DNA from: Paramoeba atlantica
Lineage: Eukaryota; Protista; Discosea
Length of the DNA: 64,000 bases
Reading direction: 5' to 3'
Assembly: GCA_977017575.1 (NCBI GenBank)
Contig: CDRNVI010000087.1
Span: forward strand, 310,001-374,000
This document shows positions 33,701 to 46,261 of this stretch, one piece after another. Each line of letters begins with the position of its first letter. Positions within the stretch are counted from its first letter, which is position 1. The notes under the pieces are model-generated. The model worked only from the letters and a program-made list of their open reading frames with translations. It searched no databases and was not told the origin of the DNA. Position numbers and translations under genes: made by a program.

Positions 33701-35689
33701 CACCCCCGCCAAAAAGTATTGTAATTTATTAGTATCGACCACGAATATTTGGTCGATACTAATAAATACAATACTTTTTGTCGATTTCCACGAGTTGCTA
33801 CTGGCTTCCAAAAAGTTGGACTTTATCATATGGGATCCTTGTAAACGTATAGTGAAGCACAAAAACAGGTCGAATGGAAATTAGCACCATAGAAATAGCA
33901 CAAATTAGCACAATGAAAATAGCACCATGGAATTAGTAATTTAATTATTTTGACTACTCAACGCTAAAGTAGTGAGAGAGAGGAACCATATTCCGAGCCT
34001 GTTCAAATCTTGCCTTAGCCTTCCGCGACATTCCAAGTGTCTCTTTACGGCGGGCTTCTGATTTTTCGATGGCTTCCCTGCGTGGCTCAATTTCCTGCGC
34101 AGAAAGCTTCCGCGGCCTTCCGCGTTTCTTTTCGACTGAGGTTCCTTCATTGAGGTTTGGGGAATTGTTTTCTTCTTCGCTTTCAGATACGGTAACAACA
34201 ATTTCGCTTGCATCAGAGGACTCTAGCAGAGATTTGAAGGAACCCAATCGCGTCGTGCGAGTACAAATTTCTCCAAAGAGGACACGAGGAATTTCCGTCA
34301 CATCCCAAGATGCAGTTACTTGACGCGCACGGAGTTCATTCATTGCCTGGATAATAAAAAGTACCTTGTTTTCACGACAAACACGCTTCGACACGGCGGT
34401 CGCCTTTTTTACAGCAGTATCAATAGAATTACGGGCGAACAGACGAGACACATAGTCATTGTACAGAGCCTTTGCTCTTTGCTTTAGTCCGGAAATGACA
34501 AATTGGTCTGCAGGTTGGTAAACGTGCGTCATTTTTGGAGGGATAAAGAGAACACCACAATTTTTTTCAGTGAGCCATTCCGTTGTTTTTGAGTGCTGGG
34601 AAGCTTCATCAATGATTAAAAGAGCCTTGGCATTGTATTGATTAGACGACTCTCGGTCATCCTGCAAAATACCTATGAATTTGTCCATAAATTCTTTCCA
34701 CGTTTCCTGGCTTTGAAAGTGCGTCTCCTTACGAGAATATTGGAGCACTCGAGGGTCGTCTCCTACGTTAACAAATTTCTTTTGAGTGCCCTTGTGGATG
34801 AATTGCATGAGCTTTACATCACCGGAAGCATTAGTTAGAACAGTGCAAGTGAACCCCTCACGATCAGAACGTACCGCAACAGTTCGGTTTTCTCCTTTTT
34901 GAATTCTTTCCCAAGTCCATTTCTGAGAACTACCGTTGTCCGAAAGAGAGAGACAGACAAAAAATTCATCAGCATTGTATGTAAACGGTTTAGAAACTTG
35001 CCCTTTGTACTTTTCTAGGTCAGAAAAAAAACCAACCGATGAGTCCACTACCTGCTTTGGGGTGACCGTTCGATCAGTAGTAGCATGAAGAATACGTATT
35101 CCATTCTGCTGCATCCATTCCTTAGCCCACGAGACAGAAAATTTCAGCCTTCCACCGTCGATTGTAGTAGAGCCTGGGGTGCTCTTTTCTTTGATGCCAC
35201 GCGCGGCGCCCGCCACTAAAGATGCACGTACGGCAGTTCCAGTTTCTCGAAGCTTTAGAAAAGCACTGAGTAAAAGTTCATTTTCAGATGGAGAAAGCAT
35301 AGGGACACGACCTCGATTTCCAACTTTATTTAATGAGTCCAAGCCTTTGTAGAAACTTATTGTTGAGGCAGAAACGTTGCGCTTGAATTTTTTCTCGAAC
35401 GTAACCTTCACGTTGTCGCGGTTGAAGTTTCCACGGGTCTGCGCGAACAACCATTCGCGGTGATCATCACTCAGCTGCCCTCGAGATGAAGTTGCGTCTT
35501 GGATAAGCTCTGAAACGACGCTCTCCACGATCAAGTGGCCGCGTATATCAGAACTCATTATGTAAATTTCTGGAAAATTCGAGAAAAAAACTAAAATTCT
35601 GGTCAAAACTCAAAAAAATGGTCGATACTAATAAATACAATACTTTTTGTGTCGGCCATTTTTGTGGACAATACTTTTTGGCGGGGGTG
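33701..35689 (-). mobile_element. Complete pogo-like transposon
   Basis: TA TSDs; perfect 22-bp TIR CACCCCCGCCAAAAAGTATTGT; subterminal repeats. Confidence 0.92.
33954..35606 (-). CDS. pogo-like transposase, DD33D; likely start ATG 35558
   Basis: GRVPMLS...LKFSVSWAKEWM HTH; YNADEF, LIIDEASQH, IPPKMTHVYQPADQ. Confidence 0.88.
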   Translation of the reverse strand: MTRILVFFSNFPEIYIMSSDIRGHLIVESVVSELIQDATSSRGQLSDDHREWLFAQTRGNFNRDNVKVTFEKKFKRNVSASTISFYKGLDSLNKVGNRGRVPMLSPSENELLLSAFLKLRETGTAVRASLVAGAARGIKEKSTPGSTTIDGGRLKFSVSWAKEWMQQNGIRILHATTDRTVTPKQVVDSSVGFFSDLEKYKGQVSKPFTYNADEFFVCLSLSDNGSSQKWTWERIQKGENRTVAVRSDREGFTCTVLTNASGDVKLMQFIHKGTQKKFVNVGDDPRVLQYSRKETHFQSQETWKEFMDKFIGILQDDRESSNQYNAKALLIIDEASQHSKTTEWLTEKNCGVLFIPPKMTHVYQPADQFVISGLKQRAKALYNDYVSRLFARNSIDTAVKKATAVSKRVCRENKVLFIIQAMNELRARQVTASWDVTEIPRVLFGEICTRTTRLGSFKSLLESSDASEIVVTVSESEEENNSPNLNEGTSVEKKRGRPRKLSAQEIEPRREAIEKSEARRKETLGMSRKAKARFEQARNMVPLSHYFSVE

Positions 35690-36086
35690 TAATCCTATAA
35701 GTAATCCTGCCAAGAGAATAGTTACGGTTTCTTGCCCGTTGTTTTCAGCAATTTTCGTAGTTTTCGTTCCAAATTGCGCAAGCGTACTAACACGTATTTC
35801 GCCATCCACAAGTACTGCAGTTTCATCTCCAAAGAAGACATAAGAGTATTTGCGAATGCTATGTTGTGCAAAGAGCTGACGGAACCATCCATGTATGCGC
35901 AGAGAAGTACGCGCAGAAGTATAGGCAGAAGTATATGCAGAGAAGTGTCTGTTGGCGCAACGTAATGCGTCCCGCCAAATTCACTCTGCCAAGCCCATTG
36001 GAGCACATATCCGAAGTGTTGGAAGACACGTTCACGTCTCCGTTCCGTCACTTCTTTTCAAGAAAAACAGTGTGTGTTCATTATAT

Positions 36087-38417
36087 CATACCCTGGACGG
36101 TAATAGGAGGTAATTACCTCCTATTACCTCCTATTACCACATATTTTAGTCTACAGAGTGACTTCTAAAAAGTCTTACGTTATCCTATCTAATTGTGTTC
36201 TAAGTGATACAGGGGGCTTTTTTCGCTACTAATACAGAGTTTCTGCTTTCTTGTGGCGCAAAATACGATGTTATTGTGCCTCTGGGACCTACGTAAGGGC
36301 GTTCGTACCTTTTATCCAACTTCTTACTATTCCCCATACTTTTTCCCACGCTCGTATACTTTTAATCAAAGTCATAACTGTTAGTTACTTTAGACTGTTC
36401 ATTAATCAAGTTACTATCCTGATATGACCACAGAAGAGGCAGATAATACTCCAAGGTCTCGGAAGCGAGCAGCGCGTCGTATTAGCAACGAACAGCGCGA
36501 TGCTGTTAATCGGCGGGTGGCTGATGGACCAAGCCAATTAAGCTTGACCACACTGAGACAGGTCACTGATATTTCAAACAATACGAAGAAAGTTCAGTCT
36601 GGGAACGTGAGGACCCGCTTAAATTTGGAGATTTATCCTGTTATTTTTATTATGTCTTGTGTGATTTCAAGAATACTAACAGTACTTCTTCGAAATTGTG
36701 CTTTAAGGAAATGGATCATCGTCAGGGATCTGCATCCTTTTTGTTGCCGTTCCCTAGAGAAACTTTCTTCGCTTTCTTTGCAGCCCGTGGGATCGCTGCT
36801 TTTGACGTTGCGTGGAACTGACTCTCTCCACGAAAAGCATCTTGAATTAGTCGAAAAGGGTCCGCTAGTTCTGGAAGCACTTGAGCACGCCAAACGTATG
36901 AACAAAATTCCAGCCCCTAAATTGGGAGGGGCTACAAGATGGTGCATTGGACATTTTGAAAGCTTGAAGTACATCGAAGAAAATTTACCAACGATCGTAC
37001 GTTTTGTTGCCGATGAAGTCAACTCGGGATGTGCATCTGAATCAGTCAAGAAATGTGCCGAAATTATAAGGGATCATGATACTCAAGAGCTCATGAACCA
37101 AGCGCATGAAATATTAACACATTTTGAATATTGTTCATAATTCACTAAAACAATTGTCTGACATGCCAGATGAACCAATGGCCTTAATTCCCTACCCCAT
37201 AATACAGGGATTAATAGCAGAAGGAGAGAATACGGATGGCAATACAACGCTATTGGAATCACTGAAGAAGCACAAACAACGACTTGAAAACAAAGCCTAC
37301 ATGTATTATTGGAAAGGTGTAATGAGTTTTTCTCCGAAACATATATTGTCAAGTCGACGTATCCGCGTGGAAGAACGGCCAATTATCACTGTCGAAGTTG
37401 CTAACGACCTTTTTCAAAGCGGTCAACCTCTTTTTCACATTACAGAGGAAGAGTGGAGTTCGTATATACACATGTATGTTGCAAAATTTTTCACTGGAAA
37501 CCTTTGTTGCATACCTCGGTGTAGAAGTGGTGGGAAGACGTTGGCACCGTCCAGTTTCCTTCAATTTTTTGTGCCGCTCAGCACTATTTGTGGGTCCCAC
37601 CCATAGTCACCGCGTGCGATTCTCTTCTTTCCATAATGGGATGGAAATACAACCCACGTCAGGCTTCTCTGGACAGCGATGTAATCGCCACGCAGATGTT
37701 TATTCGCGGTAATTTAAATAAATTGGATTATGTTGGTCCCAGCAGGGTCGAAACAGTACCAGATTTAGATGGTTCGCCTAGTGATACAGATACGAGCGAA
37801 TCAGAGCTGAGCATATGAATTAAAATATCCCTGATAGTTATCCCTTTTTTGTTTGTTCGATTCATAGTTTATTTATATTTGAAATTCGATTTTTCAGACG
37901 AGCATGATGGCGTGTCATGTTATGATCGTGATAATAATTTGTCGAAGCGTACACATTATATTTAGCAAAGTTGTATTCAATACATTCAATAACCACATAA
38001 TAAATACATACATAATAATACATACATACATAATAAATACATAAATAATAAATACATGTAGGTTTACCTAGTTTTTTTTCCGTCAGTCTATAATTTTCTT
38101 ATTGTTTTTCTTTTGTAAACTCATACATGTAAATTTTTAAATTAGTACTTGCTATTTGTCACTGCATCGCATTCCATACAATACCTGTAGGTGTTGCTTG
38201 TTACAAGACTTGTCAAAGTACAGCATAAGGGGGCATTATGGAGAAAAGAGGCAAGCGATCTCTAAAGCTAAAGATACCGTTTCTGTAAACATATGGTTTT
38301 TTCCTGAATGTAAATTTCAGCCCACGTTCTGTCATGGTAATTGGGTAATAGAAAAGTGGTAATTACCACCTATTACCACGCATGTGGTAATTACCACCTA
38401 TTACCGTCCAGGGTATG
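36087..38417 (+). mobile_element. hAT-like transposon with degraded transposase (36424-37818)
   Basis: 32-bp TIR CATACCCTGGACGGTAATAGG(A/T)GGTAATTACC; TTATAT on both flanks; GATRW motif and C-terminal VPPIVTACDSLLS...SLDSDVIATQMFIRGN dimerisation-like motif. Confidence 0.75.
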
Positions 38418-40134
38418 TTATATCAAAGACACAATTTTACGAAATATGAAACATACCGTTCTGCAACGCCAGCAAATCCCTATGAACTAACGCCATAACA
38501 CCCTGGCGCTCTGCGTTAAAACCACCTTCTCTTTTCCCTGACGCACCACCTCGATTTAAAAGTTTTGTTCAACATTATAATTACGATTCTTTACTATGTT
38601 ATTTGAATTATTTGACGAATTTGAAATATTGATACATTGTAGTAAATTTTTCAAACTACTCTAACTCTAAGAAGCCTCCCAAATACACTAGAAGACCTTA
38701 ATTTGTCCAAGAATTTCAAGCTATGCGGAGTGGTGGAAAGCCATGTTCTTTCTCAAAAACTGCGTTTGGGACTCCTGATTGAGGATACCGATATACATAG
38801 ACATGTAACGTTCGCAAACGTGTAGCGTTGCTATGTTATTTTCCTTAGTAATAAGTGCAAGTAAAAATATGTATTGAGCAATGTGGAGTAAACCGGCGGA
38901 GGGACACATTATTGCTACCATGGTAGCAGCGCTACCGTACGAATGCTGAAACGGTGAAAAACACATTCCAAATAGCCCAATACGTTGCTATGAACAAAAG
39001 AAAAACATTATAGAGCTACATTGAATAGTTTAAAATATAGAGAGTGGGAATCGATTTGAAAACGACCTCTGTCTGAAACAATGGTTTGGGAGCGACCCTC
39101 CTGGCCCGCAATGCACGATTGTTTTAGGCATTTGCTTTCAACTTTGAGGCAATTCCATGTTGGCTTGGATAACTGCAACAAGACAACAGCAACACAACAA
39201 TGCTTGGGAAAATTTTATTGATTGTGGAGAACTCCGATCAGTTTGCGGTCTTCCGAAGTCATACGTTTCTTTTTCTTCTAAGAAACGTATTAACCTACCT
39301 AGAAATTCTAGGTGTTTGAAACATGGTGAAAGAAGGGCAGAAGTATTTTATTATCCACGTAAATATTTTACATGATGCGTCATCAGGCTAAAATATGCAT
39401 TACATTATAATACCTTTTGCATGTATACAAGGGTCCGAGGTTTATGCGTTTTAAGGGTGCATGTTCCCTCCGGTATAAGAGACAATAAGTGAAGCACCAT
39501 ATCTGGCGGGACATTGGTGATTTTAATCGGCAGAGCGCTATAAATATGGTTCTCCAAATAGGTGAGGACCTATTTCTCTGTTCCTAAGAGATCGGAAGAC
39601 AACCTTTGTGGCCGTGGGCTCAGGTATTATCTGTAAACTATACTGGGAAAAATTCAAAGCTAACTTGCACTTCAAAACGTATTCTCACACACTTCATGCG
39701 AAATTCTAGTTTCTGTTCTTTATTTCCTTACAGTAAACGCTGGATGCGCGCTTTTCTTCGATGCGATTGTTAAAAAATCAATAGTCCCATACAGAGAGTA
39801 ATATTTTGTTATGTCTTCTTTGGTCACCGACGAAGGAAGGTGGTTCAATGGTGATTCAATGGTGATTGAGCGTTTATCAGGCTCCTTACGCGTAGAGTTG
39901 AGCTAACAACTCTTAGCTAACACGTTCAGCTAACGCGTGACAGCTAACATGTTGAGCTAACCCCAGTCGTATCGTTTGCGTTTCGCATCCATTTCCTTGT
40001 CCGCAATGCTGTTTACTTGATTTAATTGACTCTCCGAGGTCATAGTACGTACAGTATGTATGCAAAAAAGTTTGCAAACGTTTTTTTTCTAACAGTTTTT
40101 TTTAGACCAAAAGAAATCACATAGAGGTAATGTA

Positions 40135-40893
40135 CTATAAACGAATACCAATACCTATCTGAAGCTGTGAGTCAAGTTCTTCAGGCATAGTCAGAGCATC
40201 CTCATGCTCTGACTGATCTGCATCTTCCACCACATAGGAAAATATATCACGTCGACGAGTCTGGGCTTCGAAAGAATTTGTTAAATCTTTAAGAGTTTCG
40301 GTCGTGATTCCGCATTTAGCCCGTGCAGATGTGGTTGCGTTTTTGGAAAGCGGATCATCCATATCCTTGTATGCCTTCTCGACACATTCTAATAGTTGCC
40401 CTTTCGCAATTTTAGCGCCCAAGGCCTTAGAAGTGCCTATGCGTTCTCTTTTTTGGCGTTGCTGTCTGCAATACTGCAGTATTAACATCGTGCGATGCTT
40501 CACGATCTTTGGTTTCAGTCGATTAAAAAACCCAACATCACAAGGTTGATAAAGCGAAGTGCACCCCGCTGGAACATAAACCAATCGCAACCAAAAATAC
40601 TTCCCCCCTGAGCAACACTGAGAAATTATCTGTTCGTTGGTCGTGCGAGAAACATGTACACTGCAGCAATCTAAGAGAAGAATTAAGGGTTTCCCGCTAA
40701 TTTTCAGCTCTTCAGTGACTTTAATGTAGTAAGGCTGAACAACACGATCAATATATTCCAAAAGAGCATTGGTTGAAACGTAGTGGTTTTCTGTCTGGTA
40801 CTGAACCCCTTGAGTACAAGTTTGCACCTTGGCCCCGTGGTGTGACTCTTTTCTATTCCATATAATAAATGGAACAAGAAGATTACCGTCCAA
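40135..40893 (-). pseudogene. pogo-like DDE_1 transposase C-terminal fragment, DD43D
   Basis: LILLLDCCSVH...VPAGCTSLYQPCDVGFF; N-terminus missing. Confidence 0.8.
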
Positions 40894-41005
40894 TGAAATT
40901 GACGCAACTAAAGTTGCACTCCGTCTGTCCCCCTTCGACCAATTACACCCCCGCTAATTAATTTTTATAAATATAAATTATAAAACTTTTGCATTTATAT
41001 TTATA

Positions 41006-41324
41006 CTGTGACCCCCCCCTTTATACTTCGCTGGTCAGACCCCCCCTTTATACTTTGTACTTCGTTTTTTGTGCGCCCCCCCGAAGGGGGGACGATTTTT
41101 TTTTAATTTTTTGTAGTTTTTTTAAAAGTTTAAAAAAAAACAAGAACATTCTAAGCCTTCCCTTCTAGAAATGGAAGGTGATATAAAAGGAAAGACAGGA
41201 AAACTGGATGAGCTGCGCCGCGAAGCGGCGCGCTATTTTTTTTGCAGCGGGGACAAAATTTCAGACCCCCCTTTATACTTCGTTACTGCTCAAAATGGGC
41301 GAAGTATAAAGGGGGGGGTCACAG
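41006..41324. mobile_element. MITE with CTGTGACCCCCCCCTTTATACTTCGC TIRs
   Basis: 26-bp TIRs, TA TSDs; a related right end lies at 664-687. Confidence 0.88.
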
Positions 41325-42253
41325 TATTTATAATTTATACAAATTATTTTGCGAAGGTACCGGTTAATTGAAACTGTTTTGATTGAAACCGGTTTAATTG
41401 AAACTGATAACTGTTTTTTTAACGACAGGGTCGACCCCTCTTCGCTGGAGTCCGATTCTTCTTCGTTACCTAACTCTGCGCTATCAAGACTCAAAATTTG
41501 AAATTGTTCTGTGGGTTTATGCCATTGAATGGCCCCATTGGCATCGCAAAACCACATAAGTCGACCGTTGTGCTTATCCCAGAAGACAGGAACTCCTTCA
41601 GCCCCCTTAGCAAACAATGCAGTGGCATATACGCTGTACTGCAATGAGCAAAACGATTCTCTTTGTTCGATAAAGCATTGGCCATGTATCATTGTATCCC
41701 CTCTATCATACTTTCTCCTGCATTAAACATGACAGTCCGTGTTGAACGGAGATAATCTTCCCATAAATTGCTAAATAAAGTTTGTATTTTCTCACCATCT
41801 GCTTTCAACGTAGAAATCAACCGTTTGCGCTTTTCTATAAAAAACTTCTTCGAAAGACATCCATCCACGTTCACAAAATAATCCATAGGTATAAATAGAG
41901 TAAAGGAAAAAATTCTTTGATTTTGAAAAAATATATTAAGAAATAGAGTTCGATTCATTTCTGATACGGGGAGATGGCAAACGAGAGAGGGATGGTCCTC
42001 TACCCGCTAGAGATTATGGCCACTGGCGTCGCCATCCAACGCGGCAACGCTCAGATGCTGAGAGCGGCCTCAGGGGAGCAGGACGGTGGGCGGCGTGGGT
42101 AAAGGGGGCTTTGTGGTGCCTTTCTTTTCTTATGTATTATCACACGACCTAAGATTTCTTGGTTAAACTGAACCAAATTCCGCACTTTTTCTTTTTTTCT
42201 AAAATTTTTTCATACTTCATCAACTTTGAGCCTTTCAACTTGCTTACAGCTTC

Positions 42254-43047
42254 TTACAAATGGACGCAAATACAATACTCCATATTTTGCAATAATTGGA
42301 GCAATATATCGCCCCCATTTCGCTTCAAGCTTCTTGTACAAATCTCTGTGAATGCTTGGATTCTGTCCCCCCTGTTTCCAGATTTGTGACCTAGAACGTT
42401 GCCTTCACGCTTTAAACGCTTGTTAACCATGGAATTAGCGCATTCTACAGTGTTCGTGCGAACTCCTTGAGCTGTAACCCACTGTCGTTTGTGTTCACGT
42501 TCTCCCACTTGTATTTACCTCGAAAGGAAAAGTTATGTCGAGCTCCATCTGTCCATATTTTGGTACGACTTCCTGAAGCCAATTCCGTGATATTCGGGAT
42601 GAGGGTATCGGCCGTACGATTCTCCGCAGGTTCCATGAGGATCTCAGTCAATTTATTATCTCTAGTCGTAACCGCTATTGTCTGCACTGTTTGGCTCTCG
42701 GCTTGGCGAACCCGCCTTGCGGTATGACATCCGCCCCTCTTTCGGACAGAAAAAAAAGTCTCGTCGCATTGCATAGAGTTTACTCGCGCACGCAGTCTAA
42801 TTCGTCGACGCACATGAGCTGTAGCCATAATGGAGTCCAACCATTAGCGCAATTTAATAACGGTTCGCTCGCTCAGCTCTGTCTCCTCTACTGATGATGC
42901 GTAGCGGCCACCCCGGGCGTACAACACAATGTAAATCAGGGTCTGCTTCGCGCTTCGTTGGCTTCTACCCGGCAACAAGGGCCCCATAGAGCTGTACCTT
43001 CTTCTGCAGTGCTTTGTGCACAACCACGTGCTTCCCACTAGGTCCAA
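42254..43047 (-). pseudogene. Merlin/IS1595 (ISXO2-like) transposase, frameshifted
   Basis: QCDETFF, KIWTDG, VRTNTVE catalytic motifs; upstream WLCTKHCRRRYS zinc-ribbon-like segment. Confidence 0.78.
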
Positions 43048-43334
43048 GTTTCTTATGATTTTTAGTACTTCAATAACTTTTCCTTTCTTTTGAAGTCAGT
43101 GTTTTTAATACATGATTTCTATCCTCCCACCACGGAGCAATCTGCAGCTTTCAAGTCATCACGTGAAGAGTCTGAAAAATGAATACGATTGATGGCCTGA
43201 CGAAACAAACGGATGTACTTGTACTTTTAGAAATTCTACTAGCCTTCCGGTAAACTTCTTGGACTTGCCGTCCTGAATCGCCAATCAAGCAATGGAATTC
43301 GCCTTCGAGAGTATCCCGTGTGACGTTGCTCTCT

Positions 43335-44258
43335 TTGCCCCACTGGCCAGGATACCTGTCCAGTAAGGTCAGCGACCCATTATCTCAGCGCACGAAACGC
43401 GCCAATGCTTGCCTGGCACCGTGACTGCATGCAGAAAAAAAATGAAGTCACTGACACCAGGTTCATCCCATTTGGCAATAGTAAATTAGCCATGGGGCCG
43501 CACCTACAAGCGAGTGATCTTCCCGGCAGCACCGAAGTGCGTCGAGAAGGCTGGTTTGTAGTCGCGGAAATTAAATACAGATGAAAATGATCTTCTCTTT
43601 AAAAGGTATATTATGTTATGCGTACCTTATTTTTGGCGATATATGCATGTATTACATCCGACAAAACAGTCTATTATTCTTATGCAACTTATTCAAAAGT
43701 TTTTATTAATTCAAAAAACATACTAATGCTATGTTTTTTTTCTGTGTGCTGTGGGTAATCTAAAGTCAATGGCAGCCGAACAAATATCATAAATTCCACG
43801 GACCAAAATATCCGTAAAGCAAAAGAGTCCAAAGGACCTCACTACACACCACGTAGTGGAAAGCGTCACTCAGACGCTGAGCCGCAAAGGCTTCGAATCA
43901 TAAAATCCAGAAGAACAACAGAGTGTAAAACCTCCCACTACGCAACACGTAGTGAAAACGCGTCACTCAGACGCTGAGCCATAAAGGTCTCGGATCATAA
44001 AATCCGGGAAACAACGAAGTCCGAAAGACCTCACTACGCAACAAGTAGTGGAAATCGTCACTGAGACGCTGAGCCCCAAAAGCGTCGGTTCATGACACAC
44101 AGCCGAGTCACAAAAAGCTTCACTACGTCAAAGGTAGTGTAAAAAGTTAGTTTTTTTTCTGCATGCAGTCACGGTGCCAGGCAAGCATTGGCGCGTTTCG
44201 TGCGCTGAGATAATGGGTCGTTGACCTTACTGGACAGGTATTCTGGCCAGTGGGGCAA
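43335..44258. mobile_element. Long-TIR (foldback/MULE-like) non-coding element
   Basis: 108-bp inverted repeats 43335-43442 and 44151-44258 with 2 mismatches; no TSD or transposase recognised. Confidence 0.75.
43826..44140. repeat. ~96-bp tandem repeat (about 3.3 units) built of short hairpins
   Basis: CACTAC-N7-GTAGTG at 43840, 43936, 44032, 44121; further stems GCGTC/GACGC and CGGAT/ATCCG. Confidence 0.9.
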
Positions 44259-45360
44259 CGACCTCATTATCACGCCTTCCTAAGCACCGAGGAACCGGTT
44301 CCCAAGCACAGTGCCAGGCATGCAAGTGCCGTAGCGTACCTTTTCTCCTTTTTTCCTTTTGTTTTCCGACGAAACAGCTTGGTTCCTTCATGTACATTTT
44401 GTCATTGTACGTGTACATGGATTGACTGCCTTATTCAGTTGAAAAAGGGCTAGACTCACTACTCTGGTCTCTGTCAAGCACATACCTCCATCGATGCACC
44501 CTTCAAACGCCCTACTGGCGGATCAGTGATACTCGAACTGTTCTCAAACCCTACGGTCAATAGGGGATCGAAGGGCCGATTGACCTGAACGGTCATCGTA
44601 CAGTTCCAAGATTGTATGCCAGACGATGCACGAGATACAAGTTGCAACCCTACAGCTTGACCGGCTGTAGGGGATCAGTGATACTAGAAGCCAAAACGCA
44701 TGAAAGCTGCTCATCCAAGTATCACTGAAAATTAATAGTATAGTAATAATCCCAACCCCCAAATTACAAGTACGATACGACAATAAATATTGTAAATACA
44801 ATTTGCAACAATAATTAATGAAATGAAAATCAAGTGGATTATTAGTTAAAGCACCCCTCTTCCCTCTGGTTCTCCCTCACATGTACTAAATTAAATTAAA
44901 TTAAAAGCATATAATAACAAAAAGCAAAGAAAAAGGCATATCCTTTCTCCCTCACACGTACCTCTACTTCCTTCTCCCTCACATTTCGTCGCTCATGTAC
45001 ATGAGGACGACGCCGTCTTAGGACCGGTTCCTAGCGTGTTTAGGAAGGCGTGATAATGTACGCTCTTTAGCCGTATAAGCAAAAAGTGGTACTTAAAAAG
45101 CTCAAATTTGCGGCCTTCTTCGGGAAAAAATGAATCTAAACGAAACAAATTTCTCTTTCTTACGGACTGACACAATATTCGGCAGGTGGCCGACCGGAAG
45201 GTGTCCGATTGTGTGCATACAATTTCAAGTAAAAACTAGAAAGACGTACGAATCCTATTTCAAGTAAAAACTAGAAAGATGTACGAATCCTAGTACTGTA
45301 GTTGATCTAAAGATAGTCGACGTAATTCTGTCAGTTACATATAAAAGTTACAATATAATT

Positions 45361-46251
45361 GAGGGGCTGCGGGTGACGTTAACCGCGGTCTCGCACGGTC
45401 TCGGCGCGGTCTCGCGCGGTCTCATATTTGTAAAAGGGTATAATGATATTTTAGAGATTGTCAAATAGTTTTCGTTTATAGTATACGTCTAAGCAATTTC
45501 AATCGCAATTTCGTCTACGCAATTTCAATTGGAATAAATAGAGCGATGTTGAACACAGACCAAGACTGATATTAAAAGATCAATAAAACTAAACCAATTT
45601 AGTTCTTTCGCTTCCGCGGTTTCCTAGGTTCGTAGGGCACATAATTTATGTGTTCCTTGAGCAAGTACCCGATGCGTGTTTCCACCCATTTATGATGGAT
45701 AAGTACATCCACACCCATCTTCGTCCGAAAAATCGAACGGAATTGCAAGCTGCTATTCCTAAGGCGAAGGACTACTTGTTGGCAGAGTGTCACGAGGCGT
45801 ATGTGAACACGTTACAGAGTCTTCCCACACGCCTCGCTACTCTACGTGAGCGTGGAGGTGGGAATACTGGATATTAAGACTTAGTTTCTACCGCGAAAGG
45901 CCAAAAATTGCTATTTTGCGCTCTTTTTTCAATTTGCAAAGTCTCAAAAATTTCAGTTTTTCGACCCATGGGAAAGGCTTGCTTTCATCAGTTTTTGTAT
46001 TCTAAATAGCGTAGACACGATATTCAGAACGAGATCTCTCGTTTGCAACAAAAATTAGCTCAAACGGCCTCACGAGGCTAAAATGCGAAGCTAGTCAGTT
46101 TTCGTGGCCCCCCCTGTATATGAAGTGAAAGTTCTTTTTTATTCAAATTATGCTCTACTCTCCATCCAAAAACTAGCATTTTTTTGTCTCTCCAAGCCAA
46201 AAGCAAACCGCGGTCTCGCGCGGTCTCGTGTGCCACGACCCGCAGACCCTC
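45361..46251. mobile_element. Sola-like non-autonomous element containing a Tc1 3' fragment (45650-46116)
   Basis: GAGGGGCTGCGGGT/ACCCGCAGACCCTC TIRs, AATT TSDs, CGCGGTCTCG subterminal repeats; PKNRTEL...NTLQSLPTRL...GGGNTGY fragment. Confidence 0.72.
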
Positions 46252-46261
46252 AATTATAATA

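Noticed and set aside
37985-38060. TACATAATAAA low-complexity tract; also short repeats at 5940-5985, 20145-20200, 39900-39962, 45220-45292
   Set aside because: Simple or subterminal repeats of TEs with no sign of further function
43826-44140. CRISPR array or hammerhead ribozyme
   Set aside because: Whole units are homologous (no unique spacers), no cas genes, and no CUGANGA/GAAA core found on either strand
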